From contig CAMTYB010000001.1 of the NCBI GenBank assembly GCA_947085855.1, positions 405,788-469,787 on the forward strand: a stretch of DNA of 64,000 nucleotides. The letters run 5' to 3'. How positions within the stretch are numbered: the stretch's first letter is position 1; each line of letters starts with the position of its first letter. The notes under the pieces are model-generated. The model was not told where the DNA came from, did not search any database, and was given only the letters and a program-made list of their open reading frames with translations. Of the stretch, positions 54,396-61,479 are shown piece after piece. The position numbers and the translations under genes are program-made. The DNA comes from an uncultured Candidatus Saccharibacteria bacterium. GTDB lineage: Bacteria; Patescibacteriota; Saccharimonadia; Saccharimonadales; 2-12-FULL-41-12.

Positions 54396-56039
54396 TTACA
54401 TCATGCCCATGCCGCCCATGTCTGGGGCAGCCGGAGCTGATGGAGTCTTTTCTGGTACTTCGACTACGAGTGCGCCCATAGTCATAGAAGTACCGGCAAT
54501 TGAAGCCGCACTTTCGACGGCTTTTTTGGTAACTACAACCGGGTCAATAACACCTTTAGCCTTGAGGTCAACCAGCTTGGCTGGAGCATTTACATCAATG
54601 CCCTGCCCTGGCTTAGCAGCACGGACCTTTGGTAGCCACTCATCAGGATTTAAACCAGCGTTTTCTAGGATAATGCGAAACGGTTGTTCGAGGGCGCTTT
54701 TAAGGATAGAAGCACCGGCAGCAACTGAGTCAGCGCCATCTACGAGGATGCCAGCAGATAGGTTAACCAATGTGACACCACCACCAGGCACAATGCCTTC
54801 CGATAGGGCAGCTTTGACGGCTGCTACAGCATCATCAACGCGGAATTTCTTCTCTTCGATTTCAGTTTCGGTAGCACCACCGACTTTAATGACGGCTACT
54901 TTGCCGCTGAGTGAAGCACGTCGCTGATCGAGATTATCTCGATCATATGAAGAGCTGGAGGTAATACCTTGGGCTTCGATTTGGTCAATCCGGCCTTTTA
55001 CGTCAGCCATCTTGCCAGCACCCTCAATGATGGTGGTCGTATCTTTGCCAACAATTACTTTGCGCGCAGAGCCGACTACATCGAGGTCAACGTTTTCAAA
55101 AGTCATACCACGATCTTCACTAATGACGGTAGCGCCCGTTAGAACGGCAATGTCATTCAGGATATCGGTACGTCGCTCACCAAAGGCAGGCGCTTTGACG
55201 GCTACGGTATTAAATACACCTTTGAGCTTGTTAAGTACCAAGGTAGTCAGCGCTTCGCCTTCAACGTCTTCGGCAATAAGGACGAGGTCTTTCTTGCCAG
55301 ATTGAGCTAGCTTCTCGAGTAATGGCAAGAATTCTTGGATAGAGCTGAGCTTTTTGTCAGTAATGACAATAGCTGGCTTATCGAGTGAGGCAATCATGCG
55401 AGTCGTATCAGTTACCATGTAGGCACTGACAAAACCACGATCCATGGTGAAGCCTTCTACAACTTCACTTTCCATATCAAGGCCTTGGCCTTCTTCTACC
55501 GTGACCACGCCGTCTTTGCCGACTTTTTCGATGACATCAGCGATCAATTGGCCAATCCCTTTATCGCCAGCCGAAATAGTAGCAACTTCGGCTACACGAG
55601 ACTTCTTGCTTTTGATGTCTTCGGCTAGTCCATCTAATTGCGCTAGAACGTCCTTAGCAGCCTGATCTAGGCCTTTTCGGAGCAACATTGGGTTGTGACC
55701 AGCTGCAATCAATTTATTGGCCTCATTGAGGATGTGATACGTCAGAACGGTTACGGTTGTTGTACCGTCACCGGCAGTATCATTCATTTTATTGGCAGCT
55801 TGCTTGATCAGCTCGGCACCAACTTTGTAGCCAAGGGTTTCGTCGTCGACATCTTCGATGTCAACACCTTTAGCCACCGTTACACCGTCGTGAGTTACGG
55901 TTGGATGACCATAACTTTTGCCAATAACTACGTTGCGACCCTTTGGTCCCATAGTAGTTTTTACGGCGTTATAGAGAATATCAGCTCCACCCAATACCCG
56001 CTTGCGGGCGTCATCATCATAAAATACTTTTTTTGCCAT
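54396..56039 (-). CDS. groL: chaperonin GroEL
   Basis: MAKKVFYDDDARKRVLGG..., AGDGTTTVTVL and the C-terminal GGMGMM. The start was trimmed to ATG 56039 with a GGAGG SD. Confidence 0.95.
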   Translation of the reverse strand: MAKKVFYDDDARKRVLGGADILYNAVKTTMGPKGRNVVIGKSYGHPTVTHDGVTVAKGVDIEDVDDETLGYKVGAELIKQAANKMNDTAGDGTTTVTVLTYHILNEANKLIAAGHNPMLLRKGLDQAAKDVLAQLDGLAEDIKSKKSRVAEVATISAGDKGIGQLIADVIEKVGKDGVVTVEEGQGLDMESEVVEGFTMDRGFVSAYMVTDTTRMIASLDKPAIVITDKKLSSIQEFLPLLEKLAQSGKKDLVLIAEDVEGEALTTLVLNKLKGVFNTVAVKAPAFGERRTDILNDIAVLTGATVISEDRGMTFENVDLDVVGSARKVIVGKDTTTIIEGAGKMADVKGRIDQIEAQGITSSSSYDRDNLDQRRASLSGKVAVIKVGGATETEIEEKKFRVDDAVAAVKAALSEGIVPGGGVTLVNLSAGILVDGADSVAAGASILKSALEQPFRIILENAGLNPDEWLPKVRAAKPGQGIDVNAPAKLVDLKAKGVIDPVVVTKKAVESAASIAGTSMTMGALVVEVPEKTPSAPAAPDMGGMGMM

Positions 56040-56061
56040 CTGTAAATTCCTCCAGTTGCTG

Positions 56062-56355
56062 CTATTTAACCTTTGCCAATACGTCGTCTTCTTTGACAAT
56101 AATAAAATCTTCGTCGCCTACACGAACTTCGGTAGTACTGTAACCTTTGTAGACAATTCGATCACCTACTTTTAGTTCCATTGGGATGCGTTCATTGTCA
56201 TCACCAACCTTCCCGGGACCCACAGCCACAACCGTGGCGGTTTTGGGCTTTTCGGCGGCATTACCAGGAATATAGAGACCACTGGCGGTCTTAGTAGCAA
56301 TCGGCTCAGCCTGTGCTACAACATAATCTGCTAGGGGTTGAATTGGTACGGCCAT
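56062..56355 (-). CDS. groS: co-chaperonin GroES
   Basis: 97 aa with ...IQPLADYVVAQAEPIATKTASGLYIP... and a mobile loop. Confidence 0.95.
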   Translation of the reverse strand: MAVPIQPLADYVVAQAEPIATKTASGLYIPGNAAEKPKTATVVAVGPGKVGDDNERIPMELKVGDRIVYKGYSTTEVRVGDEDFIIVKEDDVLAKVK

Positions 56356-56443
56356 TTGTATCCTCCTCTGGCTTTGGCGTTAGTTATATGTCCAAGAGCA
56401 GCGCCCTCTCGCAAGGGCCAAACACCGGCCAGGCACTGTCTTA

Positions 56444-56470
56444 TCAGCACTCACTATAGCCGAGTGCCAA
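56444..56470 (-). promoter_or_regulatory. CIRCE operator (HrcA-binding inverted repeat)
   Basis: The minus strand reads TTGGCACTC-ggctatagt-GAGTGCTGA, versus the consensus TTAGCACTC-N9-GAGTGCTAA. It overlaps the -10 of TTGACA(56482-56477)-18-TATAGT(56458-56453). Confidence 0.8.
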
Positions 56471-56492
56471 TTTCCGTGTCAAGCCTAGCAAC

Positions 56493-57203
56493 TTACTCTG
56501 CGCTTTGATAGGTTGTTAAGCCGATAGCCCATGATGCAAGTATGGACATGTACTGCTTTTGTTCATTCGGCTTTAGTACGTGCCCAGCAGCTTCAATTGT
56601 GTGCTCTACCACCTCCGGAACTATGGCTATTTCATCAGTTATTGAGCTGGGCACTACCTCATCAAGACCAGACGTCACTAAAGTAACTGGTTTTTTATAC
56701 TGACTTAAAATATTGAGCGCATTATTACCCTCGTCGACATGCTTCTGTAGAACGTCCGTGTCAGAGTATTCTCTGCGAGGCTTGTCTTGGTAGGCGTTCG
56801 GGTAAAGGGGTGCTGCTCGTAAAAAGAGACTAGATATATCACGCTTATCGCTAGCCAACAAACCTACATATCCCCCGTAACTGATGCCCGCTAGCGCAAT
56901 ACGTCCCGCATCAACTGGATGCTGTTCCTTCATGTAGTCGTAGGCTGATACCACATCTTCAACGTGGTCATTAACGCTGAAGTCATCCAAATCACCTTCA
57001 CTCTGACCATGACCACCAAGGTCTACCGTGAGACAAAGGATTCCTTTCGAGGAAAGATACCGACCTGATTGAGCGCACCTGCTTCTATCCGATCTAAAGC
57101 CATGCGTCATAATGACGCCTACTCCAGTAGGGTCATCCGGCATATATGTAGTAGTCGCCAGTTCTCCTTTGACACCCTCAATACGCGTTTTAGTTTTGGC
57201 CAT
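56493..57203 (-). CDS. alpha/beta hydrolase (dienelactone hydrolase/S9-like)
   Basis: Nucleophile elbow GISYGGY, an oxyanion-like HGF and a C-terminal His (AAGHVL). Confidence 0.75.
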   Translation of the reverse strand: MAKTKTRIEGVKGELATTTYMPDDPTGVGVIMTHGFRSDRSRCAQSGRYLSSKGILCLTVDLGGHGQSEGDLDDFSVNDHVEDVVSAYDYMKEQHPVDAGRIALAGISYGGYVGLLASDKRDISSLFLRAAPLYPNAYQDKPRREYSDTDVLQKHVDEGNNALNILSQYKKPVTLVTSGLDEVVPSSITDEIAIVPEVVEHTIEAAGHVLKPNEQKQYMSILASWAIGLTTYQSAE

Positions 57204-57300
57204 TACATTCCCATGTAAGGTTATTGATCATATCCGTTATTATAAAACAAAGATGTATTTTCACCAAAAGATTCTTTCGTAGTATTTTTTACTAACATTC

Positions 57301-57329
57301 TTGCTTTATTTTGTAATTTATGATAGAAT
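57301..57329 (+). promoter_or_regulatory. candidate promoter TTGCTT-17-TAGAAT placing the TSS at or next to ATG 57337
   Basis: The -10 element ends 7 nt before the ATG, and no SD lies between them. Confidence 0.4.
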
Positions 57330-57336
57330 ATACAGC

Positions 57337-58146
57337 ATGAGTGGCACAATTGAAACAACTCATGGCTCAGTAGCACCGACTCTAGAAGAAGCACAGTTAA
57401 CAGATGTAATTCGATCGGCTGCTGATGAATATGTTTACCGACATGATGGCCTAGTTGTGCCCTGTCCTCTTGTACCAGCTGGAAAAGTTGGCCCTGATTA
57501 CTTTCAAGCTGTAGCAGGAACTGCACACAGTATACTGGATATTCACTCTGTCGAAGGAGACCATACGAGCGATAGCGACTATGTCGATGCATCTTCAGCT
57601 CTACTTCAAAGAACCCTTCGAACTCGTGAAATTGGCGTTGACTGCAGTGGTTTTGTGACTAGTGTCCTTAGCCGAGGCTTAGGAAAATTAGCTATTGACC
57701 CCTTTGAAGTCAGAATACCCCATAACGACTTTGATACAGGATATTTAATTCCTGGTCACGAGCTCGATAACAGCCCCGAGGCTACAGCTAAAGCTAACCT
57801 GCGCCAAGAAAAGTTAGAAAATGGCGAGCTAGATAGTGAAACAAAGAACGATTACGATATCCAACGTCTGGTTGATAATTCTGATCCGCTTGAAGCCGGC
57901 GAACCCCTTAAGGCAGGTGATCTCGTTGTCTATGATCCTTCGGATCTTATGAAAGACCCCTACCAGCTTGGCCACGTCGCCCTAATTACCCGCGTTAAAA
58001 GTGGTCGAGCTAAGATAGTTCACTCCGGTGGCGCCAATACACCAGGTGTGCAAAGCATGGCACTACCTGTTCAGCGTCTTTCTGGAAATGCACCAGATGC
58101 GAAGACCTCAGTTACCGTACGTCGTTTGCATGCTCTTAAGCGTTAG
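57337..58146 (+). CDS. NlpC/P60 family cysteine peptidase-like protein without a signal peptide
   Basis: GVDCSGFV (catalytic Cys) and GDLVVY...LGHVALI (His). The track start (TTG 57301) was trimmed to ATG 57337 (MSGTIETT...). Confidence 0.7.
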   Translation: MSGTIETTHGSVAPTLEEAQLTDVIRSAADEYVYRHDGLVVPCPLVPAGKVGPDYFQAVAGTAHSILDIHSVEGDHTSDSDYVDASSALLQRTLRTREIGVDCSGFVTSVLSRGLGKLAIDPFEVRIPHNDFDTGYLIPGHELDNSPEATAKANLRQEKLENGELDSETKNDYDIQRLVDNSDPLEAGEPLKAGDLVVYDPSDLMKDPYQLGHVALITRVKSGRAKIVHSGGANTPGVQSMALPVQRLSGNAPDAKTSVTVRRLHALKR

Positions 58147-59447
58147 TCGTTCTTTCGACTAGCTAGTTCTTCGCGGGCGACTTCTCGTTCGTCCCAAGGC
58201 ACTTTTTTGCCGCCCATATTGCGGTAATCTTCGTTACCGATCCCTGTTAGCAGGACTGTGTCACCAGCTTTGGCCTGCTTGAAGGCCAGGCGGATAGCCT
58301 CTCGACGGTCCTCGAGGACTGTAGTTTTGGTCTGAGCTTTGACGGCTTTGATGCCGGCATAGACTTCGTCGCGTATGATTTCTGGGTCTTCGGTGTAAGT
58401 TTCGTCATCGGTCAGGTAGATGCGGTCAGCTAGCTTGCCGACGACTTCACCCATGGGACCGCGTTTGGTTTTGTCCCGATCGCCCGTAGAGCCAAACACA
58501 ATGGCAACTTTACCCTTGGTAATCTCTTTGAGCGCCTGCAAAACATGCTCCAGGGCATCTGGTGTGATCGCAAAATCAACCACAACATTAAACGGTTGGC
58601 CAGCTTTAACGGACTCCATGCGGCCGGGTACAGATTTCAATGCCCCGAGTCCCTGCTCTATCTGTTGCTGCGTGAGGCCAACGGCCTTACCTACCCCATA
58701 AGCTGCAAGCGCATTGTAAGCATTGAATTTGCCGACGAGCTGCGAAGTAAAGGCCGTGTGCTCGCTATCGTAGCGGGCGGTAATAGAAAAGCCTTGGGCA
58801 GATAAATCAGTGCTCGTTAAGCGTAAGTCGGCATCTTTGTCTTCGCCATAACTGATAATTTGGCTTTCGGCTGTCTCTGCCTCACTCTTGAAGAAGTCAA
58901 ACCACTCATCATCGGCATTGAGTACACAATATTTCGGACTATATGGCGGTTTGAGTAGCAGCGCTTTGGCCGAAGCATAGGCCTGCATGGTGCCATGGTA
59001 GTCGAGGTGTTCTTGGGTCAAGTTAGTAATAGCAGCAATTTCAACTGGGGTGCCATCGATTCGGCCTTGGTCGAGCGCATGACTGGTTACCTCTAGAATT
59101 ACCCAGTCAACCTGGGCGGCACGGGCTTCGGCAAAGAACTTTTGGACGACCGATTGGTGGCTGATCGTTAAATGAGTCCGATTTGGCCGATTGTCACCAT
59201 CTACCTCTATAAAAGCGGTCGTATAGACAGCGGTTTTAAGGCCAGCGTGCTTGAGCATGGCGTTGATGTAGCTAGCAGTAGTCGTTTTGCCATTGGTGCC
59301 AGTTACAGCGATGATGTGCATACCACGAGCTGGGTAGCCATAGCGAGCCCGCCAGAAGGCACCGCGACTCTTGCGGTAGGTGTATTCAAGACTATGGATA
59401 GCACCTGTCGGCAACAGACGCCGAGCAAGACGCTTAGGGTTAATCAT
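58143..59447 (-). CDS. murE: Mur ligase family protein, MurE-like
   Basis: IIAVTGTNGKTTT P-loop and central and C-terminal Mur ligase domains. The usual DNPR region reads DDETYTEDP. Confidence 0.8.
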   Translation of the reverse strand: MINPKRLARRLLPTGAIHSLEYTYRKSRGAFWRARYGYPARGMHIIAVTGTNGKTTTASYINAMLKHAGLKTAVYTTAFIEVDGDNRPNRTHLTISHQSVVQKFFAEARAAQVDWVILEVTSHALDQGRIDGTPVEIAAITNLTQEHLDYHGTMQAYASAKALLLKPPYSPKYCVLNADDEWFDFFKSEAETAESQIISYGEDKDADLRLTSTDLSAQGFSITARYDSEHTAFTSQLVGKFNAYNALAAYGVGKAVGLTQQQIEQGLGALKSVPGRMESVKAGQPFNVVVDFAITPDALEHVLQALKEITKGKVAIVFGSTGDRDKTKRGPMGEVVGKLADRIYLTDDETYTEDPEIIRDEVYAGIKAVKAQTKTTVLEDRREAIRLAFKQAKAGDTVLLTGIGNEDYRNMGGKKVPWDEREVAREELASRKND

Positions 59448-59479
59448 TACCCTATGATACCAGTGTTAAAGACGATGAT

Positions 59480-60016
59480 CTACGACTGAGCGGTTAAGTC
59501 ATTGACCGCTACAAGGGTCGTCTCTAGATTATCTAGGGCCCTCTCGGTACTAACCTGTAGCAAATCTGAATTAGCGTCTTCTAAATCCTCGATTGCATAC
59601 TCCCAGACTACTGCAGCCCCACTTTTCCGAGGATATTTAACGGCAATCGTAAGCTCGCTGGCCAACTCTTCATCTGGGTCAACTCCGTAAACTTTTAGTC
59701 GATTGCTCTCTCCAAAGCCAAGAATATTTCCTTTATACGTATCGAGTAAGACAGCGGTTTTATAGAGGTCCTTGACGGTTCTATCCTTAATATCTTTCTC
59801 GGCGCCTACAAATGCTATATCACAGAGGTCAGACTTCAAGTCTGTATTAAGAAGCACTCCTAACCGGAGCTTGTTATCTTCGACAATCTGTTCGTCTGCC
59901 CTCTCTATACGAGTATTGAGATCTTCGTAGCATCTTTCTGTAGTTTGAACACCACGCGCAAAGCCAAACCCAGGTATATATTCACGAGGCTCTCTGGCAG
60001 GTGTCTGACGTCCCAT
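59480..60016 (-). CDS. hypothetical protein (178 aa)
   Basis: ORF divergent from tsaD. No motif recognised. Confidence 0.5.
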   Translation of the reverse strand: MGRQTPAREPREYIPGFGFARGVQTTERCYEDLNTRIERADEQIVEDNKLRLGVLLNTDLKSDLCDIAFVGAEKDIKDRTVKDLYKTAVLLDTYKGNILGFGESNRLKVYGVDPDEELASELTIAVKYPRKSGAAVVWEYAIEDLEDANSDLLQVSTERALDNLETTLVAVNDLTAQS

Positions 60017-60060
60017 ATCTAAATATCATCATATCACCGATGTATAATAAAGCTACTCCT

Positions 60061-61122
60061 ATGAAAATTCTTGGTATTGAAACCAGTTGTGATGAAACGG
60101 CAGCAGCCGTTGTTCAGGATGGCACTACCCTGCTGTCTAATGCCGTGGCAAGTTCGATGGACCTGCACAAAGTCTACGGCGGCGTTGTGCCAGAGATAGC
60201 CGCCCGCAGCCACATTGAGGCGATGATGCCAGTCGTAAATCAAGCTCTAACAGAGGCCACATGCACCTGGGATGACATCGATGGCATTGCCGTTACCTAT
60301 GGTCCTGGCCTCGGTGGCAGCCTGTTGATTGGCGTGCTGACTGCTCGTACCCTCGCAATTACCAAGCAAAAACCCTTATACGCTGTTAATCATGTCACCG
60401 CTCACTGTTTTGCCAATTTTCTGACCAAAACACCTTTGGATAATTACCAGCTGCCGAATTCCGCGCCTGACTTCCCTGTCTTAGCGTTGATTGTCAGTGG
60501 CGGACACACTCAACTCGTGTTGTTTACGGATTATTTTGACTATCGAATCTTGGGACAAACTGGTGATGATGCCATCGGTGAAGCCTTTGACAAGGTAGCC
60601 AAAATTCTTGGTCTACCCTACCCTGGTGGCCCGAGTATTCAGGCAGCAGCTAGGGGCGGCGATGATCGGGCCTATCGTCTACCAAAGGCTCGTTTAGAGC
60701 AGCCATATGATTTTAGTTTTTCTGGCTTAAAAACAGCAGTTTTGCGGACTGCCCAAGCGGCTGTTGGTAAAGATTTCACCTTTCCGAGTCATCAAATTGC
60801 ACCCCTGTTAAGCGAGCAGCAAGTGGCTGATTTGGCGGCTAGTTTTCAACGTGTAGCGGTCGAGACAGTCGTCGATAAAACGTTAGCTGCCTTCGAAGAA
60901 TTTAAACCACGCAGCGTTATCATTGCCGGCGGCGTAGCCGCGAGTGCAGCCTTGCGCCAAGAATTGCAAGCACGCTTACCAATTGAAATTTCCTATACAG
61001 ACTTGAAGCTGTGCACTGATAATGGCGCCATGGTTGCCGCCTGCGGATCTGTTATGGCTGCCCAGCAGCTGCCGACGGCTGATCCTTTTTCGCTCGATAT
61101 TGTTCCCAATTTAAGTATGTAA
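60061..61122 (+). CDS. tsaD: tRNA N6-adenosine threonylcarbamoyltransferase (Kae1/TsaD)
   Basis: MKILGIETSCDETAAAV..., HIEAM and GGVAAS motifs. The start was trimmed to ATG 60061. Confidence 0.95.
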   Translation: MKILGIETSCDETAAAVVQDGTTLLSNAVASSMDLHKVYGGVVPEIAARSHIEAMMPVVNQALTEATCTWDDIDGIAVTYGPGLGGSLLIGVLTARTLAITKQKPLYAVNHVTAHCFANFLTKTPLDNYQLPNSAPDFPVLALIVSGGHTQLVLFTDYFDYRILGQTGDDAIGEAFDKVAKILGLPYPGGPSIQAAARGGDDRAYRLPKARLEQPYDFSFSGLKTAVLRTAQAAVGKDFTFPSHQIAPLLSEQQVADLAASFQRVAVETVVDKTLAAFEEFKPRSVIIAGGVAASAALRQELQARLPIEISYTDLKLCTDNGAMVAACGSVMAAQQLPTADPFSLDIVPNLSM

Positions 61123-61172
61123 AATACCTCTGTAATTCGACATTTTTGTGGAAAACTTGCCCTATATGCTGC

Positions 61173-61200
61173 TTGTGTTAAGTATCTTACAAAGTATAAT
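61173..61200 (+). promoter_or_regulatory. candidate promoter TTGTGT-16-TATAAT in the tsaD-valS spacer
   Basis: TTGTGT at 61173-61178 and TATAAT at 61195-61200. Confidence 0.45.
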
Positions 61201-61220
61201 GATGAGTGAAAACAAACAAG

Positions 61221-61264
61221 TTTTTGCTCGTGGGCTAGAGGCATCTGGCTCACGAGCAGCAAAA
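61221..61264 (+). ncRNA. long stem-loop (15 contiguous bp, GGCA loop; ~19 bp with a 2-nt bulge) in the valS leader or a small transcript
   Basis: 61225-61239 pairs with 61244-61258 (two G-U pairs). The flanking TTTT/AAAA extend the stem. No U-tract follows on either strand. Confidence 0.45.
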
Positions 61265-61479
61265 CTACTCGTAAACATTGTGGAATTTAGAACGATTTGG
61301 AGAGGACTGTGACCCGCAGTTTTGTCTTTTTACTGTTTAAATTTCACGTGAAACGCTGTTGTTCGTATTTTGTTCAATAGTCATTTCACTTTTCTACAAC
61401 AAGAGTTAACATTTATTTAACATTTGTATGCTAACAGAGGTAATCCACAGCAGACACTAGAGGTGGTATACTGAACGAA

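Noticed and set aside
61199-61312. A 37-codon ORF (MMSENKQVFARGLEASGSRAAKLLVNIVEFRTIWRGL) in the valS leader.
   Set aside because: It has no SD. Its ATG overlaps the -10 hexamer of the only plausible promoter. The sequence is better explained by the hairpin it spans.
61459-61470. T-box-like GGTGGTA (agaGGTGGTAtac) just upstream of valS. The UGGU could pair with the ACCA end of tRNA-Val.
   Set aside because: It lies only ~13 nt before the GTG start and is best explained as the Shine-Dalgarno sequence. I could not find a Stem I with a K-turn partner, a Val (GUN) specifier loop, or a terminator or sequestrator downstream of it. The long hairpin at 61225-61258 is a near-perfect duplex, unlike Stem I.
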